Source: Amphiscolops sp. MND2022 (taxonomy: Eukaryota). From it: 64,000 nt of DNA. Within the stretch, counting starts at the first letter, position 1. Each line of letters begins with the position of its first letter. A program made the translations under genes and the position numbers. The notes below the pieces were generated by a model. The model was given only the letters and a program-made list of their open reading frames with translations, was not told the origin of the DNA and made no database searches. The stretch spans positions 77,192,001 through 77,256,000 of the forward strand of contig OZ076409.1 of the NCBI GenBank assembly GCA_964187785.1, read 5' to 3'. Positions 41,420 to 53,400 of the stretch are shown here, one piece after another.

Positions 41420-44400
41420 CTGAAACATAGAAGGTACCCAAAAACTAAAAACCCATCAGCTCGGATTCGAAAATTCTGAGATGAACTGATTCAAAGAAAC
41501 GCCTTAAAAGAACCTTGAGGGATTGCTGCTTTTTTGTGGAGTGTACAATCTCGGTTGATAAATGCAAGTAGCAAAATTCTCAAACAAATTGGATCATGAG
41601 TGAAACAACCGCAAAAATCAGTTAAAATTTCGAAATCGATACTAGGGCGGTCACATTGGTTCCTAACATATTGTTGTCACGAAAAACCTTCACTAGTCAA
41701 ACTCAGTTCAAACGAGCAAATCAATCACCCCGAAGATTTCGTTCGTATATCAGTAATTTTCTGGGGATAAATTGTACTAAACAAATAACGTCTAAATAAA
41801 CTGAAAAACAAAATGAAATTTGAAAAAAAATCGGGCTCTTGAAAGTTTCAGAAAATTCATTGGATGTCCGCCGAAAATCTGGATTAAACAAGAGGCCCAG
41901 CGACGATCTTTTTCGTATACTGTTAAAAGAGGAATAGTCCAAAAGGGACGTTTTGAAAATATCATAAAAATTCGAGCTTATGGTTATCCCGATAAATTTT
42001 CGTTTAAACAAAGTCGAAAAGTGCCAGAATAACTCAAAGGTGTGTGCCTCTAGGCTCGAAAAACGCGTTTTACGTACGTCTTTTCCAGCTTATTGACGGA
42101 ACTCTCACCAGTTCCATAGGACCGGAAAATACCCAAAGAGGTCACCCGTATTACCTGGAAAATATGTTTTTGACAAAAAATCTGAAAATCAAAAAAATGC
42201 TAAATCAATTTATTTTGTAAATCGCACGAAGCCAAAAAACCTGGGTGGGTCCTCTAAGCTTGCAAAAAGCTTCTGCTAAAAATTGAGGGTGACTTCGGTT
42301 TTAAAAATTCAGAAAAAAAGTCGAATGGTGCCGAAAAACCCAAAGAGTGGACCCTTTTGTCTCCCGTTTTCAATTCTGGTCCAATGCGGGACTCGAACCC
42401 ACGTACACGGTGAGAATCTCAGTGTTAATCGTGCCTTAAGTTGCATGTCATGACGATTGACATATCATATGAATTGAAGTGAAGTTATAGAACTTACGAC
42501 AGAAACTTGGTGAAAGAAAAGACGTGAAAACTGCCACGCCTCGAGCTAAAATTTTTCATCACCTAAGAAAATGAAAAATAAAGCGGTAGAAATCTTTTAT
42601 GAGTAATTTTGGATCTTCCGCCAATAATTTTCGATCTCACCCAAGTGATTAAAAAGATCTTCGATAGTGATCTTCGATAGTTGTCAAGTCTTGATTACAG
42701 TGATAAGTACATCCAGTACGGAAATGGACTACGAAGATACAGAAGATGTCATTTGCCTTTTTTTGAAACATATTAAGTTTGAAAACATTCGACGAGACCC
42801 ATACTTTTAAAAACTCTGAAAAGTGAAAAATTCTGCCGTAAACTTTTGTCACAATTAGCGCATTTTTGAGCATCTCCGCATCTTCGTGAATGGTAACAAC
42901 ACATTTTGACTTGAAAAATATTCCAAATGTTTCTGCTCAAAAAAGATCTGATTTGCAGTGAATATTGACGCTAAAAAACCTGTACTAGCACACCACCTAT
43001 GATTGGCGTTAAATGATAGACTTCATTAGATCTTACCCATCATTAGTATTCGGGAGTAGAAAAAAGGTTTTCGAAAAAGTGAAGCCCTGAAAATTCAAAA
43101 AAATTAACTTCGGATTGATTTCAAAAAGTTCAATCTGAAAACAGCGCTGTGCTTGCCATGCAACTTCTTTCAGTCTGTCGTAAGTCCTTATCTTTCTAGT
43201 AGAATCAGTGACAGGAGAAGCATTTTTTTCTCAATTCAGGCCTTCTTTCGTTGAAAATACTCTTGATTTTTTTTGAGAAAACGAAAAACACTAGTTTCAG
43301 TGGATTTGTTTCCACTTGTTTCCATGAATGTTAGCTTAAAATTACGAAAGACCAACGGAGTGACAGATTCTATAAGCTTTATAAGCTGACTTGCACTAAC
43401 ACTAACTGCCACACTACTTCTACTGTTACTTGAGATAGAGGTTATTTAGGCTTTTTTGAGGTCCCCTTTTACATTTTTCGGTACTATGCGACTTACCGGA
43501 GACCAAAAAAATTTCGAAAAAAAATTCGGATTAAAAACAAATTCCTCATGAGGTACTGTAGAAGAGTATACTTGACACTTTGAAGTCCTTTTGCTATTTT
43601 TAAGCCTTAGATATGGCGCCGACTTGGGCCGTTCCCGGCTTGTTGATATTTTGCAACAAACTTGATTTTCAAAAAGCCCAAAGGGTGTCACTTTTATAAT
43701 TTTCGGCATTGTGATATTTCTCAAAATGAATGGTTTTTATCTTAAAAGTAGGTTTTCTCAGTGGCCTAGCACTCTATATCCGAACTTTCGACGTTATATC
43801 AGAATTAAATTGCGTTCTACTAAGGAGGAGGCAGAGGTTACGATATATCGAAAATATTGCGCAATATCCGAATTTTGTTTTTTTCAAGACCGGCGTTTTT
43901 TCGGGACTATGCGACTTTTCCAAATTTGTTTTTATAGAAGGCCCCCTCGAATTTCACTTGAAACCAAACGCTTTGCGAGCATAGAGGACTCTAGGGTTTT
44001 CGGCACTTCCGCAAGAAAAAATCTCAATTTTCAAACAGAACGGACTTTTTGTTGTTTTCAGTTGGGGAGAAAGATTTTTTCGAGGCTTGTGCGTATTATT
44101 CGGGTATTATTTGGCTCTGTAAAATTGATGACATTTTAACGATAGTGTCGTTTTCCATATTTATAAAACTTTTGAAGCTTGAGCGGGGCGCAGACTTGGG
44201 CCCTTTCTTGGTTCCGCTTGTTTAATTTGAATAAACCAATATCATTTTCTGACACAATGCCTGTGACAAAAAAACTGCGCTTTGACCGAGTCATAGGCGT
44301 TACGTTCAAATTATTCTAAGTCTCGACGAGAAAAAAGCGGTGGTTACCCTGGTTGAGAAAAAATGCATTCCTTGCAAGGATCTTGCAAGATCCTTGTAAA

Positions 44401-47400
44401 AATGCAATTACTTGTAAGATCTTGCAAGGAAATTTGTTCCTTGCAAGATCTTGCAAGGAAATTTTTTCCTTGCAAGATCTTGCAAGGTAATTTTTTCCTT
44501 GCAAGATCTTGCAAGAAATTTTTTTCCTTGAAAGATCTTGCAAGGAAATGCTTTCCTTGCAAGATTCTTGAGTTCAATGTACTTCATACTGAGAAATTAT
44601 GTTAACGTAGTCGTGATTTGAGTATAATGTCAAAAACGTTAATAACTATTATTTCAGAAGGGTAATTTAACAAATTGAAAAATAATTTCAATCGAAATAT
44701 GATGCACAGTCTAATTTCAAATCATTAACTGGTACAAAACACAATTGGATAGAAAAAATTTTCAGAATACTCTGAAACACAATGAATATAAAAAATAAAA
44801 AATTTGTCGAGAACATGCCACGAAATTTTTCTCCTTGGAAGAATCTTGCAAGGAAATTTCCGATGAACCGAACAGAAAACTAATAGAAAGTTTTACATTT
44901 TTTCGCTAGGAAGAAGTCGAGAAATTTATCCAACCAACGTTGAGTTTTTGCATTCGTCAAAATAATAATTTTTGTCAGAGGGGACGTCATTTCAGCACTA
45001 TGAGCATCGAAATGTTAACATCGATGTTTTTCTAATCTTCACTTGCTGTTAAATTTCATTTCTTAGATTTGTTTGCAAGTGAAGCTTTTTTGCTACGTTC
45101 ATCAAAAATGGATGCTTGCTCGGCATTTCATACAACTGGAATACTTTCCGCTGAAAAATTGTTTTATCTTTTTTGTTACACGTTTCTGACGTTTTTTTTC
45201 AAGTTGCGATGTTGCAACCAACTATGCATTGTGTATGAACAAGTTTTGATATCTGTAAAAGCGGTTACTCTGCTAGATTGTTTTGTTACAATTCTGTTTT
45301 CTGTTTTTTGTTACATTTTCTGTTTACAAAGTTTTGGTTTTCAACTGTCACATTTGTTTCTAGAAGCGTCTCAACAGCGTTCTCAATGCCACGGTGCCTT
45401 TTCAAGCGAGCAAAGTTCCGACGAAATTCCGCTTCTCTCTTGTCCCGTGTTTGTGACAACTTGGTTGTTTTTTAAATTTTGAACATTAATGTATCCTGAC
45501 CATTATCGGATACACGTTTTGTTCTCGAAAAGTTTCAGCCTAATGCTTCTTTTTGATCAATTTGAAAGTCAGAAAAACCAAGGATAGATGCTTTGAAAAT
45601 GGTTTCATTTGTGCTAGAGACATGCGCTTGACATCAATTTGGCCTAATCGTCAATTCGGTAAATTTCTTGCATCGGAATTTGTTGAGACACGGTTCTTCT
45701 GATAGGGGTTAAATCATTCTTTAGGTTCTAATTTGTCTAACTTGGAGACAGTTAAAGCAACCGTGTACACTCATTTTCGAAACGCAAGGTTAATATGCTA
45801 CATGTGAGTCGAGAATTTTTTTTATTAAACGTTCCAGCTTCGTGTTTTTTGGGAGATATGTGCTAAACAACTTAGCGCCTATGAACTGAACTCTCTTTGA
45901 AAAACAGAAAACGAAGGAGTACGTAGACGATCTTCCAGAAGCACACTCTAATGCTTTCTTTGCTTTGTAATTGGTCTAATTACGTTTATTGGACAACCAA
46001 AGTCAACGCTTAATTTGTCTTTGAAAACGTGGAAACGCAAGCTCCATCATCGTGATTACCGATTTTTACAAAGTTGAGCAACTATAGTGAAGGGAGTCTT
46101 TTTTGATGGAAACAGTTCTAGGGATAAGCAATCAGAAGAATTCCCACACTTTTTTGGCTTTTTAAATTGACAAATGTAGCGACTTCATATACAAGCGACC
46201 TCTTGCAATCAGTATAGTTTTCGGCCCCAATCATGTGAATTTTCTTTTAAAACGTTGACATTATAACAGATAAATCCGAATGCTGCAATCACTACTTTTT
46301 CAGAATCGTAACGTTCCGCATGTAAAAACTTCGGTAAGGTATCAGGGGGCTACTTCAAAAGATTGCGTTTTTGAAATGAAGCCATTCGAAATAATTGCGG
46401 ATTCTTGGACTTTTCGATCTCATTTTATTATGGAAGACGTAAAAGAATGTCAACTGCAACTTTCTCGCGTCGGAAGTCTACTGTGGTATTTTTCACATAG
46501 ACAACAGTACAAAACTTAATCTGCGTAAAAATCCATGTGAATGGCAATTGTTGTTTTCAAAAAAAGAGGAAAAGTTATTACTGGTTTCAAAATTCTAGTT
46601 ATCCAAAATTTCAGGATCTCAAAGTTCCCGGGTTTCCCTCCCATACAAAAACAGGTCAATCATGCTCTGCCATCATACTCACAGTATGATTCCATGTTGA
46701 TCATACTCTGGACCATAAAGGTTTATGGTTCCAGGCTGACCATACTCTGGACATATATGGTCCAGTCTATGATACGCCATGTTCCATAAAAAAGCAAAGT
46801 TTATGGTTCCAGTCTGACCATACTCTGGGCCATATATGATTCCAGGCCGATCATGGCAAGATCATAGTAGGGAAATTTGTATGATTTGTATGGTGCCATG
46901 ATATGGTCAGATTATGATTGGCCTGGTCGGGAAACCCGGGTTACACACGAAAGCCACAACGACAATAAAATAACATGTTTTTAATCAACTAAGTCTGGTA
47001 CTGCATGTCAAAATGAATGCAGAGATGATCAATGACTTCGTCTTACCCAATGACTGTATGAGTCAGAACTACTGAGGGGGGTCTGCTGTGAGACTGAGAA
47101 GAGCTTCTGGTGAGAACCCTGGTTGCTTCGGTTGACACCCACAAACACTTGGAGCCCCCTTCACCCTCCAGCAGCAGTCGATAGGGACCTGTTCTCATGT
47201 TTCCTTTGCGCATCACTGAAACGGGAAAATATTATATCTATGAAAATTAAAATAAAGTAATTATCTTTAAGAAGTGGCCATTTTTTTGAAACACGTTTAA
47301 TGTGGTTCTTAGTCGGCGCATTTCGTAGAAAACGCAAACTATAGCAGTGACTTTTGTTTTTTAAGACCAACGAACATAGAGGTTAATTAGCCTTTTTTGA

Positions 47401-50400
47401 GGTCTGCCAGCAGAAGGACGTGGGTTCGAGCACCCCCCTTTTTTGGCCAAATTTTTTTGTGCAGGTTATTTCGGCTTTGTGAGACTTTTTTCGCAAATTT
47501 TTTTAATGTTTCCCTTCATTTTTTTCTATTTTGCAAAAGAATTGATGTTCAAACACTCGCAAAGGGCCCCTTTTACATTTTTCGGCACTAAGCGACTTAC
47601 CGGAGACCAAAAAAATTCGACAAAAATTTCAAAAAAATTAGGAATTTTAAAAAAAAATTTTTTCCTAATGCGGGTACTGTAGAAGAGAATACTTGACACT
47701 TTGAAGTCCTTTTGCTATTTTTGAGTCTTAGATATGGCGCCGATTTGGGCCGTTCACGTCTTGTTATTTAAAACTACGAAGTTTCTCAACTCATAAAGTA
47801 GCGTTGATTTCTACGAAACCTAACATCCTTACGGTATGTGTTAATGCAGTTACGTCTCACTCTTGCTGAAAACTTACCGATAGAAGGTTATATCCAAGAA
47901 AGCTATTACCAACGTGAAATATAAAACATAGATTGAAATATAAATGAATAAATTTAAGACACAGTTTTGAACCTCAGTTGAAACGGAACAGAATGTGAAA
48001 ATGGAACTAACAATTACAATGCTGTTTTGTGACTTCGGGGAGGTCTAGTGGGTGCACAACATCGTAGAAAGATCGCCCACTCAGGTCAGTGACGTTGAAA
48101 CTTTTCACAAACCTTCATAACAATAACGAACAATGAGCAGGGTCTTTTACACCATGAAAGTTGAACGTAATGTTACGACATCAAATGTATATAAGAAATC
48201 TTGTAAAAAGTAGCATTGTTTATGCGACTCATTTGAGAATGTGTATGAGGTTGAACAAGCCGGGAGCGGCATAAGTCGGCGCCATACCTGAGACTCATAC
48301 AAAGTGTCAAGTACTCTCTTCTGCAGTACCCGAAAAATCCAAAAATTGGACCGAATTGGCTCGCCCTTTCAGATTTTTTGACAACCATTATGTTGCAAAA
48401 TGTCAAAAATATTGAAGGCGACCCTTTGAAGACATTGAAAAATTTCCGAAAGAAGTCTCACAATGCCGAAACATGGCTCAAAAGTGTTTCCGGAGGACGT
48501 AGTTTTAGTATCATTTGTTGAATAAAAATTTTTGAAAACCCAAAAAAGTTTCGTAGCACTGAAAACCTAACCCTAAACCTTTACATGGGACAAAAATTAT
48601 GTGAAATTTTTGGGAAATGAAGACATTATATTCGAACTTTGAAAATATCACATCCAAACTTTGAAACCGTCCTATCTGAATTTATGAACGTGTTAGATGT
48701 TATGTATGTTTTAAAGAAAGTTTTCTGGAAGTGGAACAAATTATAAAAAAATTGATAGAAATTGATGAAATCTGTCACTTCGTTTGTCTTAAAAAAGCAA
48801 CGTTATATTCTGAATACGTTATATCCAGAAGTCGTTATATTCGGTTTGCGTTTTATCCGGTATGGGTTGTGTTGCTATATCCGGTATACGTTAAATTGGC
48901 TATTCGTTATATCCGGTTTGCGTTAAATCGAGTTTGCGCCAAAAAAAAACAGAGGGGACCTTTTTCTAACATTGGAAAAATCTCCGAGAAACGTTACATT
49001 CGATATACGTGAAATTTTAGGAAAAAAATTAATAACGTTATACGAGAAATGAAAAAGTTATATCCGAACTTTGAAAACGTTTTATTCGAATCTAAGTACG
49101 TGTTAGATGTTATATGAGAATTTTTTTACTTAGCACGTTTTACAGCTTTGAAAAATTCTCCATGAAACGTTATAACCAGTATACGTTATATCCGGAATTC
49201 GTTATATCCGGTTTGCGTTAAATCTGGTATGGGTTGTTATTGTCGAAGGGGACTCGGTTAAGCTCAAATGCAGTATTTACATAGCCAAAAGGGACTTTGC
49301 CAAAATTGAAGTAGAACTTTTGGTAGAACTATTTTGGACACTTCATGTGTATCGGGAAAAAACACTGACGAAAACCCATGACTATAGTCGACTCTTTTCT
49401 TAAATATCTGCTTTAATTACGTTACTCTATGCACTGAAATGAAAAAAGGCGTTTATTCACGCCTAGAAACCACCTTCGAAGCTATCTTTGAAATATCTTT
49501 CAAAATCTCTTGCCCTCAAGTCTTTGAAAATATCCGATAGGTTGTATTTGTTGTTCTCATACATAGTTATAAAAAGTAGTCCCCATTGAAATGGAAAAAC
49601 TCGCTAGTTGGTACTTTGATGGGCACGGGCTCGAAGAGCCGAGAAGGCTCATCCCGTGTGCAAATTCAATGTTAATATTTTTGAAATAAATGCAGTGTTC
49701 TTATCTACACAACATCCAATAAATAAACGTTCCTTTTTATCCCGTTGTTTAGTTATAGAAATAAATTGAAAACGTTTGCAACATACTACTGTTATTATAT
49801 GTCTGCAGTTTTACAAAAGCTAACATGACCTCCAATTCCGTTGTAAAATCATCAAAAAATTAGTCATAAAATAACCTCTGATCAACGAAATGTATCTCGA
49901 GGTCTAGCCCCACTCTGAAGATATACATGTTGCTGAACAGACGCATCTCAGCGCCCTTGACAGAAGGAATAGGCTCGGCTACTATCTGCAGACATTTGCG
50001 GCCCCCATTGACACCCATACCTCCACCTGTCACACTCACACTATTGTATTTCGACATATTTGTGACGTCATCTTTCACTGAACTGCTGCACAATATGGCC
50101 TAAACACCCACGATAATATTCCAACCGGTCTTAGTTGAAGAAATGCTTTGATAAACCTACGTAGGAAAAAATTCTTGAAAGAACCACGTTTTGGTCCAAT
50201 TTGTTTTGTGTTTGAATAATGAATTTAGTAACAGTGAAATGATACGTTTTTGCGGAACGTTCAGGAGAAGATTAATGAACAGAGCTAATATTCAAGAACA
50301 TCAAAAGTCTCTGAGTATAACTTTTCATCTTGAAAGTAAAAGTGCACTTTTTCACAAAACTGGGTACAGCGAAGTGGAACTAGTGCTCGTAGAACGATAT

Positions 50401-53400
50401 GAGAATCATTTTATGAGGAAGAAACAAAAACTTTTACGAAGGGTAGAAGTTGAATTAGTGACAATGAAGTGATAGTTTCCAGATACGCAAAAGGTACGTT
50501 TTGTATGAAACAAGACGAAAGACGCTTGGTTTTAAACGTATTATTTGGGTTAGATAAAGAAAAAGTTAGTAATGACATTAAGGAAGTTTTCCAATTGTGT
50601 CCAGGTACTATAGGCAACTATGCGCAACTTTTCTGCTGTCTCGTCAAAGCTCCCAAACTCTCAAACATTTTTTTTGGAATTTTCAATCCGTTTAGGCAAT
50701 TTTTGTTGATGAAAGGTTCCGATGGAGAAACTCTGTTTTCGTCTAGTTACTCGGTGAAAAATTTCAATAGTGCAAATAATGTTCCAAAGGTAAATTTTTA
50801 GAGGTCAAACAGAAATTACAATTTTGTTTTTCTTTCGCATTTTATGCGGGTATGATTTACTACAGTGCTTCAAAAAACACTCCGGAAAAACCTTTATTTT
50901 TCAAACCCAGTTAAACGTTTAGTGTTTCAAATTCACTTTTTTGGTAGTCACGAAGTCTTAAACATTTACTTTATATCCGTTGACAGCAAGTCCTGCATTT
51001 CTCTTTGCCAGCAGACATTTGAATCGGATTATCAAACTCTCTGGTGTTCGTTGATTCCCTGCAAAACAAAAGCACCCCTGCACAAATGTCTACAGATTGT
51101 CCTCTCTGATCCCCCAGTGCGAACTTGTGGATCAAACATTCAAAAGATTTTGTGAAAACTATTTTCTCAAAAAGTATAGTATTTTAACCTTTATAAGCGT
51201 TATAACTATCAAATAAGACTTTCTAGAACAATTCCTAGGAAAATTATTCTGAGGGTATTCTTTGGATAATTTCTGATGCAACATTGCATTGATTTGAAAC
51301 GACCATTGTTGTCGTCAATTGGTCGAAACAGTTAGTTCATCTCTCAGCAGTTAGTTTTGTATAAAGTCAACACGTACCTTCAGTTTTTCTCTCGTGAGGC
51401 CAATTTTGAACGAACAGAAACGCTGTTTGTGTTCACTCAGATATTAATATCCAGCCCAGCTTTACATCATTGACTTGCCCGGTTTATGGTTGTTCATGCA
51501 TAATCACGCATGATTCATGGATTCACACTCATGGTTCATGACGTGACCGATGGCATGCATGGTTTCCTATTTTTACTATTTTTTTGCAAGTTGTCTTTTA
51601 CAATTTGTGAAAGTTTTCGTGGATATTGGAAGAACGTAGGTCCCCAGTGTCCCTTAGATCAAATACAGACCTAGAGTCCTTCTTTGTTAGTTTTGTTTTC
51701 AACCCACTCATCTCTTCAATATTTTTATGATTATTAGTAAACGTTTTGGACGCAGTGTCCCTCTATCCTGAAGATAGCGAACCATCACATTCTGTATTAC
51801 GAGGATAAGTCTTTCACTGATTGCAGAGCTTATGGCCCATTTGATCTGAAAATGCATCAAGGATATCAACAAATCCATTTTTTGAGAAAGTCTCATGCTT
51901 ATTTCATTTGAAAAAAATTCCATCGACTCTATACATCTATCGTGTCCAGCAATTTTGTTTTCAACATTGAAATCATCAATTTCGTTCTTCTGTGATGAAT
52001 TTCCTGTATTATCAGAAAAAGCATCAGTATCGTTATGACCATTTGAGCTACAGATAGTATAAGTCAGCTCTCTTTCAATCGTATTAGATATTTCATCCCG
52101 TAACATCTCTCTGGACCTTCTCGCCTTAGCTCTCTGTCTTCTTGTTGAAGGCGTGAAGGTTGAACATGCGGATAATAGTTTCCTTCCTGTAATCGTTTTG
52201 TATTTCAACTTTTGTATGAGAGTTGCAATGATAATTGTCCGTGACAAAATGGAGAAGTCTATTCGTAGCATCAAAACTAGTCGGCTTCATACGAATACAA
52301 CTGTCCGACTAAGTTGTAATGACATGATGTCAAGTTATTTAAATGCATATCATCATAATATAAGCATACACACAAGAATGTAATAGGGTTCCTTTCATAC
52401 AAACAAATTGAGAAAACTGATTAATATAACTGTTCACTACGCAACTTGCTTCAAATCAGAACAGCAACTTTGTTCAAATATTGAAGAAGGCCACAGTAGG
52501 TCAACTGTCATAAATACACGTCTCAATGAGACGCTTGGCCATACTTGGCCTTTATTTGAAAGCACAGATAAAAACAAGCAGTGTAATTTTAAACCAGTGC
52601 CTCTGATTGGCCACTGTAATTTGAGACAGCTTGTTCGCTACGCCAAACGAGAAGGCATTTGATCGCATTTCGTTCTCGCTTGTACGTTTGGTGTCCAATA
52701 TTAGCGCTTTATATAAATAAAAGGTGGCAACTCGAACAAAAATTTACATGCAGAATTGTATAAAAATAACTATACATTTAGATTTGATTGGCGATAAGGT
52801 TGGCAGTTTCCTTTGTGGCGTTCCTGTTTCGCGAAGTATTTGACCACGCGCGAGCCCTAAGAATACGATGTTGCTGAAATAGTACGATAGAAATCTTTTC
52901 CAGTTGCTAAATTGAGCCTCTTAGTCAGTACAAAATCGATTTCATGATTGCATGCTTGCTGAACTATACATATACCGTACATATATGCTCATATACTGCA
53001 TATACAGTATGAACTAGTTATGACGATCATTATGTGATCCTTTTCAGAAGAACGTCGGCCAGCAAAAGTTTAAAATTTTAATGGCTCTGACAATGCTAGA
53101 TGTCAGGATCGTTTCCTGAATTTCATTGAAAAGTTTCAGCTCTCTTAGAGAAAGCTGTAAGAAACCTAAAGTAACAACACGCCGGGAACGGCCCATATCT
53201 AAGGCTCAAAAATAGCAACAGGGCTTCAAAGTGTCAAGTACTTTCTTCTACAGAATCGGAGTGAGGAAAAAAATCCAAAAAATATTTTCGAAATTTTTTT
53301 GAAGTCGCCTGTAAGTCGCATAGTGCCAAAAATGTGAAAGGGGGACCCTTTGGGATTTTTTGAACATCCATTTTGTTGCAAAATAGAACAAAATTGAAGG

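Noticed and set aside
42649..42930. Minus-strand ORF in the last sim intron as an exon
   Set aside because: No homology and no convincing phase-2 acceptor.
44360..44567. Regular palindromic repeats as a CRISPR array
   Set aside because: Spacers are ~9-nt near-identical A/T runs, there are no cas genes, and the context is eukaryotic.
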